From assembly GCF_009914755.1 (NCBI RefSeq), contig NC_060934.1: 64,000 nt of DNA. One strand, 5' to 3'. The DNA comes from the human T2T-CHM13v2.0 reference genome, Homo sapiens. Position 1 is the first letter of the stretch. Each line of letters opens with the position of its first letter. This document shows positions 13,681 through 27,239 of this stretch, piece after piece. Below the pieces are notes generated by a model. It made no database searches. It was not told where the DNA came from and worked only from the letters and a program-made list of their open reading frames with translations. A program made the translations under genes and the position numbers.

Positions 13681-14593
13681 CCTTGGACCCTCACAAGCTT
13701 GTGAGAGGCTGCTGTGATTAATCTCAGGATACTGAGTCTCTGGGAGGTCACATCCCTCAGGAAATGACAAGGGAGATGAGATGGGTTCTAGCCCTGGGGA
13801 CACCAAGCCTAAAACACTCATGGTAAATAAAGCAAGGTGGGATCTACAGAGGTTGTCCAGAGGGGACACAGTGCTCAGAGGAAAGGGACATGTGCCATTT
13901 TCAAGGCCACATTTTCAGTAGAATAGTGGGGAGTCCCTCGTGCAGCATCACACACAGGTGCACAGGCATGCAGTGTGACATGTAGGCAGTCACCCGGTAC
14001 TGCAGCAGGCATGCAGTGTGCTGGCTGCATGTGTGTGCAGCGTGGCCCCTGGTGCCCCCAGTGCAGAGTGACAGGCAGCACAACAGCTCTGCCATGGAGC
14101 ACCTTTGCTGTCACGTACTGTATGCCTGTGTGGCACACCCAGTGCGGTCTGCTGGGTTGCAGAGAGGCAGGCATGGAGTTCTCTGGGCACTGTGGCCCAT
14201 TTACCCTGCACTGTGCAGAGACTGTGGACAGCACAGAGACCCCCTATTGCTGTGCGGTACATTCGGAACACTGGGTATAAGGAGTGTTTTATTCCCTTCA
14301 GGTTTAAGTGTTCTTAGGTTTGAGCTGGTCTTATAATTGACACATACTTATATCCTTGCTGTGTTTGTTTGTTTTTCTGTCCCAAGCCTGTTATTACAAT
14401 AAGATTTTTACAATCCAGAAAATATGGTATATATATGTACTGTGTGATCTGAGCAGGTGGCACATGCAGGCAGTGTGACCAGGCATGGGTCAGCTTTGAG
14501 CTCTGTTTTCCCCACTTTCTTGGAGGTGTGAACTCGTCTGTCTGCCAGGGCAGAGGGCTTATCTCCCCCAGCAGCAGCCCCAAGATGCTGTAG

Positions 14594-14864
14594 TTCTTTT
14601 GTTCATTTGTTTTTTGAGACATGGTCTTGCTCTGTCACTCAGGCTAGAGTACAGTGGCATGATCATAGTTCATAGCAGCCTGGAACTCCAGGGCTCGAGC
14701 AATTTTCCTGCTTCAGCCTCCTGAGTAGCTAGGACTATAGATGTGCACCACCACTCCTGGATAATTAAACAAACAAGCAAACAAAAACAAACAAACAAAA
14801 ACAAAGAAACAAAAAAAAGCACACATTTTGTAAAGACGGGGTCTTATTATGTTGCCCAAGCTGG
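14594..14864 (-). mobile_element. AluJ, partial, with an (AAAC)n tract in the linker
   Basis: One full monomer plus part of the second. Confidence 0.85.
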
Positions 14865-16480
14865 AAAATGTTATAGTTCTTAGGAGTCTTGCCTGCCTAG
14901 AGCAAGTGTCTGTGAGTCTCCAGAAAGCTGAGTCACTAGGAGGTCAGGCCCCTGCTGGGGTCCCAGCCCAGGCACCTGTTTCTGCTCCAGTAAAAGCACC
15001 AGTTGCTCTCAGGCCTGAGATCAGACCCACCCGAGGTGGGGCCCAGCAAGGCAGCCGGCGCCCACCAAAGACACAGCAGCGGTGGCTGCTGCTGCATTTA
15101 ATAAGAAACAGAGATAAAGTGCTGTGTTAATTAAGTCACAGCCCATGTGAAGTCAGCTGTTACCAGCAGTGGGGAAGGGTTTTCCGAACCACCTGAGGCG
15201 AGATGGCTGGTTTTTGTACAAGACAGATGCTAACTGCAGAGAGAATGGAGAACCGTGGGGCAGCACTTGGCCCATCCTGGCTGTTGACTTAGAAGCTCCT
15301 GGAGGGGTCAGTGCCAGGATTCTTGGTGGAGCGTGTGCCAGGGAAGGCGAGGAACCTGGAGCGTCTGTGTCTGTGCTCACACCCAGGTGGACCATGCCTG
15401 CCTCTTCACTTGCTGCCTGCAGCTCAGCCCTTGCCTCTGAGGCAAGCAACCCACCTCCTGGTACCCTAAGGCTCACATAGGGCCAGCCTACCCAATGCAG
15501 CCAGGGCTGTGGGGCTAGACATAGAAACTGCCAGCCTCCCTCTGATTACAGTGAAAGGGCATGGGATCTGTAAGGGCCCAAAGTGTGACTTGAGGAGAAT
15601 CATTCAGGATCTCCAACGCCGTCTGGTTTTTATCATACAGACTTGAGGAGTATTGGAAAAGCACGTGCAATAGAGACAGACAGTCCCGGGATAATCTCCT
15701 GGCTCTAGAACTTTCTAATTGGCATTATTGAACAACGGAGCCTCAGTTTCTTCATCCTTTAAAATAACCCCTAGCTGGGAGGGTGGTGAGGACTAAAGGA
15801 GATACGACATGAGCCATTTTGGCTGACCTTAGTGTCCCCTACGTGCCCACCCTCCTCCTCCTAATGCAGGCAGCGTGGTTTCAGCAAGTCTTGACGGGTT
15901 CACTCATTTAGAAAAGAGCCACCACCTACAGGAAGGAAAGCTAATGGCCACTCTGGGGTCATCCCGTCCTCTGTGAGAGCAAGACCAAGGAGGCAGCTGG
16001 ACCAGTGCGTGGGCTTCCCAACGCCATGAGGGTCCTATGCCTTTAGCTTATTCAGTAGCGTGTCAGGGCCTGGCTTTTTCCTGCAGAGGCTCAGAGAATG
16101 CTGGGTCCAGCTTTCCTTTCCCCTCACACATTTGCCCCGTTACTTCTGAGGTGCTGTTGCTACCAAAAGCTGCCCTGACAGTTCAGGCTCTCCTTCCTGT
16201 TGTCATCCCACAGTCCTTCAGATTCCCCACCCTCCTACCTCTGTCCTCGCCACTGGAAGATCCCGCCTCTCCTCACTTCCCCCTGTACCCCACCTCCTAC
16301 CTTCCATAACTTCTATCCCCTTCTCCTTTGGAGCTCCTGGTTGCCTTCCCCATGCACACTGAGATCAGGGCCCAAGCCCAGGATTGCTCCCTAGTTCTAA
16401 TCCTAGTCTGTGAAGGGAAAAGGACACAGGGGCTGGGTTCATTTGGCACCTCTTTCTATGTGCCTGCTTCATCGCATGAG

Positions 16481-16484
<4 letters not shown>

Positions 16485-16543
<59 letters not shown>

Positions 16544-16546
16544 ACA
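16485..16546. repeat. Compound (TC)n(AC)n microsatellite
   Basis: Direct read. Confidence 0.97.
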
Positions 16547-19500
16547 ATTGCTTTCACACCAACAGCTATCATCCAGGGTTCATAGACAAGGGCATGGGCG
16601 GTTAAAGAGATTAAGAAACTCACTTGAGTTCATCCTGCAAGTTAAGTGGGCACTGAACTTCCTGCCCAAGCCAGTCTGCTTCTGAAGCCAGTGTGCTTTC
16701 CACCGTTGCATACTGCCTCTTTGATTGGCTAAAGACAGCAGGTTAGATCAACTGATATATCAACAGGGTCCTGTAAGTGAGTTGTTTGCATGGGTACTTT
16801 TAAATTACTGGAAAGAATATCTGCAGTGAGAATGGGTTGTCAGCCTGCTGATAAAACCACTTCCATATCCAGATGTGGCAGCAGGTTGATTTGGATCAGT
16901 GTTATCAGGAAGGAAGAATAGACTTTCTAGCATATATTATAGAAATATCTGTGCATCTTGGTTTCCTTCAGCATGTGCAGTTACTGAATTTCCTGTGAAT
17001 GTGGGCCAAGAATTGAAGCCACATTGGAGAGGGGTTTATGAATGTCTAATAGTGATTGAAATGCTCATCCATAGGCAATGGTGCACATAGACTTTGTGTC
17101 CTCTCATGAAAGGAGTATTTCCTTTAATATAGAACATTTCTTTTCAGGTTTTCCAGCTTTAGCCATCATACCGTAATTATAGACTGTCCCCTGATTTTAA
17201 CTTGGATCAATGTGCAGGAATAGTCCTTGCTAGCCACTTCTTTTCCTATTATTTTGCCCTCAATTTTGCTTCATCTCTTAGCAATATTTAGCACCTCCTA
17301 AAGGATTTTAATTGAGAAGAGGTACCTAGGATTATATTGTTTCTGAACTCTTCAATATTCAAAATGTTCCCACATCTTTACATGTGAGTGATGTCTTAAC
17401 TGAGCACAAAATCCAACAACTGTAACCTTTTGCCTCAGAATCCTCTAGGCTTGGCTGGCTCCATTGTCTTCTGGCCTAAATGTCACATGGGAAAACCTTC
17501 TGCCAATAAGAAATTGTTCCTTTGTTGGCAATAATAACCTTGCTATTATTTTTTACAGTTTGTTTGGATACAGGTAGGATTTGTTGCAGAACAGATTCCA
17601 GAGCAGCTCTTGGTTCAGGAATTCTCTTTGATCACTTTGTTCCCTTCCAAGTTCTAGACTTAATTGTGCTGGTTTATTTCATTTGGGTCTGGACTTTCCT
17701 TAGATAGACACTCTGTAAACCTTGACTGGGTCTCTCTGCCTCTTACCTTCTTGCCCCATTTTTCCCTCTTCTCTTTCTTTCCTCCTTCCTTCCTTTCGGA
17801 GAATTCAATCTTAGCTGGGACTGCTCGCTGGCAGCCACCAGAGTTTACATCAACCCACAGACTTACAATACAAGTAACAAAGCAACTCCACTTTTTCTTC
17901 TAGGGAATTTGGTGTTTTCTTTTGTATTGCAGAAGTGAGAAGACCCATGAATTTTGAAACAAATGTATGCAAATACATTTATTAATATAGCAAATAGGAA
18001 AATCAGTTATTGCTTCCTTTATAAATAATACAGGCCTAAGTTTTAAAGATATTACTTTAGCTAAAATGCATTAGACAGCTGTGAAAAAAATAACAGTTTT
18101 CTTTGTGGTAATATCTTTAACCAGATTTGTAGCACTAACAATATTTCGTATGTATATATTATTTTTATTTAATACAGGTAACCTTTTTATTACCAAATCA
18201 TATTGTTTCTCAGGAGACTACCATCAGCATTCATAAAAGCTGCAAAAGGGAAACAGGACGAGGAGTAGGCATCAATCTCCCGCAGATGCAAGGCTTGGGC
18301 TGCAGATTAAATATACAATGCTCCTAATACATTTCAATGAGTGACTCGTTAGGTGAATATTTATTTCGACACCCCACCCCCATTTTATTTCCATTTCAAT
18401 TTAAATTTGATGGTGGACGTCATTCCCTAATTTCAACCAAGAGCAAAGCGACCTTGGGGAAAAGCCACATGTTTAAAGCTGCCCATGTGCTGTGCTTGCT
18501 TGAGTCAGTGTCCCTGTCCCTGTGTGGGGAATGACCCACAGATCTCACTTGATCTGACTCAGTAAATGGACCAGCCAGACCATGACCCTCAAGATGTCCA
18601 GGTGTGGCCACCTTGGGTGTGTGGTAGGTTCCCCCCTCTCAGAAAGAGCTGAGTTCCCCCTTGGCCCACACATAGTGGCTTCAGTTTGTCCCAGGTCCAG
18701 GGATTCCCCAGGAATCTGGCATGGGGCAAAGCACGCCCTGTGGAGTTGCATCCATGGGTTTGCCCCAGTTCTGCCATTCACTGCCTTGGGAAAAATCAGT
18801 GTACTTTGAGGAGCCTCCTTTTTCTGGTCTGCCAAATGGAAACACCAATTCCTTCCTGATGCAGCTGCTGTGAGGATTAGGAGAGATCATCTGAGCATGG
18901 ACCAGACATGCCAAGAGAAGGCCCCTGCCCTTTTTTACCTCCACCCACCCCTGCAGCTGCCCCCAAGGCTTCCTTGGGTAAATGCAGAGGGAGACCCTCA
19001 GCCCTCTGAGCAGGGAAGGGAGTGGCGGGCACAGAGTGGGCACTGCTGTGGCCCTGCCCCTTGTTCCACATGTGTGCTCTGCAGAAGATGGCAGAAGGAG
19101 GACAAGTTTTTGTTCTACAAAGGCCCAGCCTTGATGAGGACAAGTGAACTATTGAATCCCAGGCAGAAGGCTATCCCAAAACTTACTTAGACCCAAGGCT
19201 CAATTTCAGAAACTGTCTCCTGAAGTCCCTCCACCCCCAGCACCTTCATTTCTCTAACCAGGACCTGGAGGGAGGCACCTCTCTGCCTCCTCCAAACCCC
19301 CAAGACCACCTGGTGAATAAGGATAGCATCAGCTGAAGAGTTTGACAATTCACATGAGAGAATCTGGGGAAAGAATGTGCCTGAATTCTTACATGGCCCA
19401 ACCTCGACAGCCAGGCCTGGGGCTGTACCAGGCCACCTGTGGCCATGGGCCTTGGGACCAGGGCTGGCCCTGGCAGAGGCTGTGGACATCATGTCCTTTG

Positions 19501-20313
19501 TGGACCAGCCTCCTGCCCCTTGAACCTGAAATTTCTCCATCTCTCCACCCTCAGACCCATTCTCTCTTATCGAAGCCAAGACCCCTGGTCCCAGAGTCTC
19601 CTTCCTGCCCACGTCTCTCTCTCACCAAATGCCATGAGCTGTGTGTTGGATGTCACCAGGGCCCTCCCCTAGCGAGCTCTCCTCCCTCCTCCCTTCACCC
19701 TCCTCCCTCTGCTTCTTGCTCTCCTGCCACCTCTGCTGCTCACCCAAGCCTTGTCCTCTGCTCAGAACACTGCCATATTCCCCATCAGCAAGCTTCCAGA
19801 CTCACTTCCGGGGCGCCTCTCCAGGAAACTTTTGCTGACCTCCCACATAGAAGGTTCACCCACTTCTTTGTCCTATGGTTGGTTCTTTATTTCCTGCCTG
19901 TGGAACTTGGCCATGAGCCTCTCAGGAGCCGAGTCCCAGTCACTAGCACTCTTGCTGCCTCTTGTTGAGCACCTAATTCAGAGCTGGCCCTCTGCAGTCT
20001 TGGAAGTGCTCAGATGTGGTTTTCCTGTTTCTGATATGAACTCAGATTTCCATAGGAGGGAAACATGGATTGATTAACACGGATCATGCATTCTGCCTTG
20101 AAGCTCTGGAGCAAGGTTCCAGAGACTAATGAAGGAACCGGTGGCTGGAGAACCACGGCACACACATCTGGGCTGATGGGTACACGTGTGTGAGGAGAGT
20201 AAATGAGAGGAGCTAATGGTGGAACCCGTGCCTCTGAGGCAGAATGGACGGTGCCTGGCCAGCAGGAAGGTGCCAGTGAGAGCGGCTGGTCATGTTGGCT
20301 CCATTTCCCCCAG

Positions 20314-20467
20314 GGCGGAAGCTTCGACGTGGCAGACAGAATGTTCCACAGTGTGAAGAGCACGTGGGAGTCGGCCTCCAGAGAGAACATGAGTGACGTC
20401 AGGGAGCTGACCCCAGAGTTCTTCTACCTGCCTGAGTTCTTAACCAACTGCAACGGGGTAGAGTTCG
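20314..20467 (+). CDS. WDFY4: WDFY4 BEACH exon: GGSFDVADRMFHSVKSTWESASRENMSDVRELTPEFFYLPEFLTNCNGVEF
   Basis: ttcccccag acceptor, G|gtaagt donor; 154 nt; GGxFDxADRxF and DVRELxPEFFY motifs. Confidence 0.98.
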
Positions 20468-21759
20468 GTAAGTGGAGGCCTGGTGAGGCCGGGTGAGTGG
20501 CGTTGCAGGGTGCTCTTTCCCACAGCCCCTGGGTGATGACCAACATCATCTGGACCTTTGCTAGGCCCTCCCCAGGACCTCAACTTCGGGTGAGGTCTCC
20601 ACTGGGCAGCAGTGCCCAGAAGGAAAGGTGGTTGCTGAGGAAGGGCGCTGGCCCCAGGCTGCCAGGACAGTGCTGAGCCACCACCCGACCTGCGACTTTT
20701 CCTCCGAGGGTCCCAGGTCTCAGTTGGCAGTGAGGCAGTGGCTGAGACCAGGGGCTCTTCTGTGTAGCCCAGGCCTGGCACTGCCTTTCTGCCTCGAGAC
20801 CTTGGGCAAGCTCCTGGCCCCGACCAGTCCCATTTCCTCCATGTCCCACAAATGGGTTCATGTGGACTCCAAGGGCAGGACCCAGAGATGCTGGGTGTCC
20901 TGGGGTAGACTGCTGGGTGGGATCCCAGGGCAGCTGGACGGGCACTTATGGCAGCTCCTTCCTGAACTGCAGGCCCCAGCCTATGATGCAGCAGGGCTTC
21001 TTGCTGCTATAGAGGTGGAACAAACAATCTAGGAGACCACGGTGGGTAGCTCCCCTGGGGACTGTTTGTATGTCTCGGAGCTTCCACTGCAAACAGTTGC
21101 AAGGCTGAGTCAGGGCAATTTGCAGAGCAGATGCGTGGTCACAGCCTGGGCAGGTCACCGGCCTGGCTGGGAATCATCTTCTGCAGAGAACACGCATGAG
21201 CCATCACCAATGCATACCTCGGGCTCTAGAGCCCCCCCTCGTCAGTGTTCTCCTTCTGCCTCCGGACAGCACATAAGGGCATGCACCTGAGCCAGGCCAG
21301 ATGCAGCCCCTGTAGGGGGTACAGCAGAGGAGATTAGTCCCTGCAAAACCTTGTGCAGGGGTTTTCAGCCCTAGACATGCAGCCCACATCCCTGAGGAGA
21401 AGGCCAGACAGTGAGCCAGGCCCTGTGAGTCTGACCTATGGAACCTGGGGACCTTGGTGGTGTTCAAATCGTTAGACACCTCACATGCGTCAGGGGTGAG
21501 AAGTGAACAAATTCAAAGGATGGATCCCCCAAAGCGTGAGGAGTCCCACAGCAGGAGTCACTCAGGGAGGGTGGCAGCCAGGAGGAGGCGGCTGGCCAGC
21601 CCGGGGTTAGAGCACTGACCAGAGTACCCACTCTGTCTTGGAAATGAAGCCAGACTCTTCTGCAGGAGGCATGATGGGCTCAGCTGCAGAAATGATGGCT
21701 CCTACCAGCAATGGAGGCCAAGAGAGCAAATGTCCTCAGAAAAGTCAGGAGAACAAGTG

Positions 21760-22080
21760 GTTATTGAGCACCTACTGTATATAGGGACCTTTTTTTTTAG
21801 GCACTGGGGATTTAGTTGGGTCTCCTGGGATGGCATGTCCTGAAGATGTTTACATTCTGTGTGAGGATAGGAAAAATGGAAGAGAAAATATAGACAATTT
21901 CTATACTGTAAGTGAAACACTGTTGGATGCTGAGAAGTCCTATGAGGAAAATAGGTAGGAAAATGGTTTGAGGATGACTCAGCAAGACCTGAGTTTCTCT
22001 GGTCCTCAGGAAGGACCTGTTGAGGAGGTGGCAGGTGAGCTGAGATGAGTGATGAGAAGGGCCAGGCCAGGCAGCTCAGT
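21760..22080. mobile_element. L2 3' fragment
   Basis: ttattgagcacctactgt..ggcactgggg..aggaaggacctgttgaggaggtg..tgagctgaga. Confidence 0.6.
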
Positions 22081-22149
22081 AGCCAAGAGAGAGCAGGGGA
22101 GCTTTTATTCCAGCTGCTTCTTGCAGGCCCTGGGGAGTTCAGGCAAGAC

Positions 22150-22380
22150 TGTAGCTCACATTTATGGAGTAGCCATCATATGCCTGACGTCATTCTAAGC
22201 ATGTAATGTGTATTTTCTCCTTTAATCATTATGCCAGCCCTATGAGATAATTCCTGTCATCACCTTAAATTTTACAGGTGGAAAATGAATCTCAAAGAAG
22301 TGAAGTGGCTTGTGCAAGGTTGGGCAGCTAATGGGGAGGAGGGAGACTTGGGTTGAGTCCAGCCTCCTCATTCTACTGTC
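22150..22380. mobile_element. MIR
   Basis: tttacaggtggaaaatgaatctcaaagaagtgaagtggcttgtgcaagg. Confidence 0.7.
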
Positions 22381-22906
22381 AGGGGAATCTCTGTCTAAAA
22401 ACCTTGCTGTCCTCGCCTTAAAAACGGAGAGAAAATGCATAAATTATCAAGTTAGAATGAAGATTCAGTGAGGTGATGTGTGGCCAGGGCCTAGCCTAGC
22501 TCCTGGCGTGGAGTGAGGTGCTTAGAATTTGCCAGCTTGCACCACTATCACTGTATCTCCTGATTGTTTAATGCTGTGTAAAAAGCACCCAGAAGAAAGG
22601 CACAGTACAGTGCAGAGGAAGATATACCACACTGATGACACTGAAATCATTTCAGATGACTTGCAAAGCAAGCACTAGCACTGCCTGGGAAGCAAGGAGG
22701 GCCTCCTGGAGGAGGCAAAGGCCTAGAAGCCATGCTGAGGGGTCATTCCAGGCAGAGAAGGTTGAAAGCAGCATGGTCTGCAGAGAACATAACTCACGTT
22801 CAGACCTACACAAAATCAGCAATCCTGGGCAATGTGTATTTTACATCCCCCAGTTCCTAGCCTGATTTGAGTTACCCAAATCTCTGCTGCTTCTCATCCC
22901 ATGCAG

Positions 22907-22998
22907 GCTGCATGCAGGACGGGACTGTGCTAGGAGACGTGCAGCTCCCTCCCTGGGCTGATGGGGACCCTCGGAAATTCATCAGCCTGCACAGAAAG
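22907..22998 (+). CDS. WDFY4: WDFY4 BEACH exon: (G)CMQDGTVLGDVQLPPWADGDPRKFISLHRK
   Basis: atgcag acceptor, AAG|gtgagt donor; 92 nt; DVxLPPWA motif. Confidence 0.97.
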
Positions 22999-23483
22999 GT
23001 GAGTCAGGCCAGGACCCCTGGTATCCTGCTGGGGACCTGAACATCCCCTCAAGTTCCACCGAGGCTTTCTGTCCAAGTGGAGGGCCAGTGAGCAGCACTG
23101 TGAGGCTTATGTCTGGAAAACCCAGAGAAGGGATGGGGTCTATACCTTAGGTTGGCAAGGAAAGGCTTGAGCTCTGGGCTGTTTCAAGAGCTCCAGTAGA
23201 CCCTGCCTGGGTGCCAGCTTGGTGAGGGTTTCACTGGAGGAAGTGAGCTTAGTGCCCTGGAGGGCAGGTCAGTGTCCTCAGCCAGCCCTACAAGAACATC
23301 CACTCCCTGGGCCTGACTGCTCAGCATAGTTCAGAGAGGGTTTGGAGCCTCCCAGGGACTCCCACTGGCCAAAAATTTTCCAGAACTGGGGAGAAATTGG
23401 CTTATTACCCAAAAAACTGGACATGGGTAGAGACCAGAGGTCATTAGGGACACATGCTGAATCAAATTTCTGGGTTAGTTTAA

Positions 23484-24290
23484 GCACATGAAAGACGTTC
23501 AACATCATTGGTCACCAGGGAGAAATAAATTAAAACCACCATGAGATGAGATGCTATGACATACCCACCGGAGTGGCTTAAATTTAAAAGACCAGTGAAA
23601 CCAATAGTTGATGAAAATGTGGAGCAACTGGAATGCATGAGACATCAATGGTGGGAAAAGCAAAACGGTACAACCACTTTGTACAAAAGCTTGGTAATTT
23701 TTTTAAAAATTTGCAGGTGCATTTGCCATATTACCCAGCATTTTCCCTTGTAGATATTTACTCCAGAAAATTGAAAGCATGTCCACACAAAAACTTGTGC
23801 ATGAATCTTCACCAGGTTTATTCAAACTAGTCAAAAACAAAACTCAAATGTCCATCAGCTGGTGAACAGATAAACAAATGATATATCCACACACACACAA
23901 TGGAATGCTACTCAGCAGTAAAAAGGAGCAGATTTACTGAATCAGTTTACACAGAACAACATGAATGAGTTTTAATGCATTATCCTACATGAAAGAAGCC
24001 ATAACTCAGGGCTACATATCATGTGATTTTTATATACAGGCATGAAATGTGACATTTAGAGGCAAACTATAGGGACAGAAAACAAATTAGTGGTTCCTAA
24101 GATCTGAAGTAGGAGAGTGACCACAAAGGAACACACGGGGGGACTTTTTGAGCCGAGGGAAACGTTCTATGTCTTGACTGTGGTGATGGTTACATGACTG
24201 AATGAATTTATAAAAACACTTTGAACTGGGCATTTTAAAAGGGCAAGTTTTATTGTATGTAAATTACACCTAAAAAGTAAAAATAACCTG
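23484..24290 (+). mobile_element. L1M (MB/MC/ME) 3' end
   Basis: cacatgaaaga..ttaaaaccaccatgaga..caatggaatgctactcagca..tgtatgtaaattacacc. Confidence 0.85.
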
Positions 24291-27026
24291 AGGCAGGTGT
24301 GACTAGTGGCAACAAACCTATGCCTTTTCCTGTCCTTTTCTGCAAAGAGAAAGTTCTTCTTGTTTTATTCTTGCCTCTGGAAACTCAGTGATAGGAGTCA
24401 TCCCTCTCAGAGCCCACTGTCTTGAGTACTTGGGCCAGAGATGAATGTAACTGCAGGCAGCAGCAGCCATAGTCTGATAAAAGACAGAGGTACACATGAT
24501 TCAATTGACCAGAGTGTTGCTGGAATGATGGACCACTACATCTAAGCTGGATAAAGATGTAGCCAAAAACAGGTGGGTGCTGATATAATGCAAAGAAGAA
24601 AAGGGACAAGGGGACCTGAGGTTGTGACAAGGTAGAAGAAGAGCCTTAGGAAGCATGTGAACACCCAGAAAGGTGAGGAGGATGTGACTTTTGCCAAGTG
24701 GATGTTTGAATGAGTGCTTTAGAAGATGAGGCAGTTATGGATACTGACATGGGTTAAGGTGTGGCCATGGGAATGGTGACTTTAGGTGGAATGAAGGCAA
24801 AAATCTTTGGAGATGTGGAGCTTAAGGAACCGAGAGGCCAGAGATCACAGTCACTGAGGATGATGGCAGATCTTGGAGAAGAAGGGAAGATATGGCCAGG
24901 AATCACCATCTTTGATGAATGAGGAGAACAGAGAGAAGTTGTTGGAAGACAGCAGTGAAGATGAGGAGTGAGTACAGCTAGATCTCATGCAGCACAGAGA
25001 AGCAGATCTTTTGTGATTTTTTTTTTACAAGAGGACAGAGGACCAATACTCTGGAGGTGGCAATAAGGACTGAGGAGACACCAGCCCAACGTCCTGGCCC
25101 CAGACATATGGGTTATGTCCAGCAAGTGGCCACCACTTGAACTTGCTGAAGGAGAACTGGTGGTCTTAGGGAAAGCCAGGCTTCATCTAAGGAAAAGAGG
25201 TGGAGGAATGTTTGGGAAGAGCTTGAGGACATGGGATATGTGTTGGTTAGCAAGAGGTAAGAAGAAGGGCCAGCAGAAGGGTCAGCTGTCCTGGCCTATG
25301 ATCTGCCCTCACCTGGGTATGCCTTTAGTGGTTCTGTGGCAACCACCAACAAATGGCTTCATGCAAACATCTCCAGAAGTTCATGAGGTATACCCCAAGC
25401 CAGGTGGTAGGCTTGGGAGAGCCATACCTTTCATTACCCCTCGTATGACATGACTCAAATGTGGCCTTCTTGGCTCCAAAGCCACTTTAATCATAGACCT
25501 CAGAAAAGCCAACTTAGCACAGGTGACCTGGCTTCTTCAGATCCAGGTGTGTAGGGCAGCTTGTCCTCCCAGAGGACCAACAAGGGGAGCCCAGACAATC
25601 CCAAATGAACATTTTGAGGCTCTGGGCACCTAGCCCTGAAGCTAGGTTCTATTCAGTAGAAACAGGTGCCACCTCTCAGATAGACTGTGATATCGAGACA
25701 CTGGGCCATACTTCCTCTTGCTCATGTGTGACACCTGATGAGAATTATTGCCAACCTGGGTCCCCCATTCTGAGCCAGTGCCACCCATCTGGGCTCTATG
25801 CATGAAAGATCCAGCATGCTTGGCTCTTATGCTAAATTCTTTGGATGACACCTTTTATGAGGGGCAGATGTTGCTGACTTCTGGTGGGAGCTGTGGTCCT
25901 GAATGGGATGAGGTTTACTTCTCACTTAAAGGTTGTAAACTCGGATCCAGGCTCCATGTTTGAGTTGAGAATGTCTCCTGTCCTCCCATCTGGAGTCAGT
26001 GAGCCTGAGCATGGACAGAATGTTCCTCAGGTCTGTGAGTGCGTGGGTGAGAAACTCCTTGCCTGCTGCATGCCCCCAGCTAGACACAGCTGCCCCAGTG
26101 AAGGAAGTTCACATTCCTGGGGGCTAAGCTGTACCTCAGAAGCAGGTTCTATCATTTCTGTGCCAGGGATGATTTAGAAGATGCCCACACCCATGTCCAG
26201 AATTCCCCAGTAACTGAGTGAAGTGAGATCTGCTCAGTGAGACTGGATGCCCCCTGTGAGGTTCTGAGGAATGAAAACTGGGGGCTGGAGTGTTAGGATC
26301 AAAAACCACACATGAGCCTGCCCTAGAAGTGGGTTAATTATACCTGCCACCAAAAGGCGGTGTTCATGGGAGGAAACAACACCTGTGAAACAGCCAGTGC
26401 CTGGCATCGTATGTGCTTAGTGAAATCACCTAACTCCTGGAGCTCCCTGTGTGTCAGCCGTGGACACAACTTAATTCTTACATGAACCTGCTAAGAAGGT
26501 ACAATTGTTCATTTTACAGATGAAGAAACCAAGGAACAGTGATGTTAAGGAATGTGTACATGGCAGCACCCACACCCACTGTGCTCGAGAGCACGGTCTC
26601 CTGATCACTGCACTTAGCCTCCGCCTCCTGACACTCTCTGGTCAGAACCAGCTCTCCTTGTTTCATATGTCACATCTCAGCAAGACCCCAAGACTTTATT
26701 TTCAGCCTTGTCTCTTCCATTTAGATGTCTTTCCCAGGCCTGCACCTCATAGATACTGTGGACACCATGGTTGTTTTATGACATGGTTGAGCTGGGGTGG
26801 TGAAAACAGTCAGATCTGATTTGCTGCTGGCTGGAGACAGGACTAGGGTGGCCCTCGGGTGGCTGGCTCATCCTGCCTCTTTGTGCTCATCAAGCCCAGG
26901 GGCTCATCAATTATCTCCTCTGTGCAGGGCCAGCACTCTGAAGCATGTGCCCCTTCCAATCTGTGCAGCGAGTGCATGAGTCCATGAGTGGCCTGGGTTT
27001 TAATGCTCTTTGGGTTTTTGTTCCAG

Positions 27027-27239
27027 GCCCTGGAAAGTGACTTTGTCAGTGCCAACCTCCACCATTGGATAGACCTTATTTTTGGGTACAAGCAGCAGGG
27101 GCCAGCCGCAGTGGATGCTGTTAATATCTTCCACCCCTACTTCTACGGTGACAGAATGGACCTCAGCAGCATCACTGACCCCCTCATCAAAAGCACCATC
27201 CTGGGGTTTGTCAGCAACTTTGGACAGGTGCCCAAACAG
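27027..27239 (+). CDS. WDFY4: WDFY4 BEACH exon: ALESDFVSANLHHWIDLIFGYKQQGPAAVDAVNIFHPYFYGDRMDLSSITDPLIKSTILGFVSNFGQVPKQ
   Basis: ttccag acceptor, CAG|gtacag donor; 213 nt; ALESxxVS, WIDLIFGYKQ and FGQxP motifs. Confidence 0.98.

Noticed and set aside
13960-14260. Cys/His-rich overlapping ORFs suggesting a metal-binding protein
   Set aside because: The underlying DNA is degenerate TG/CA/GCA low-complexity sequence, giving similar ORFs in most frames
19342-19968. 208-aa ORF
   Set aside because: Non-ATG start, Pro/Ser-rich low-complexity translation, no domain and no splice support; chance ORF in a GC-rich intron
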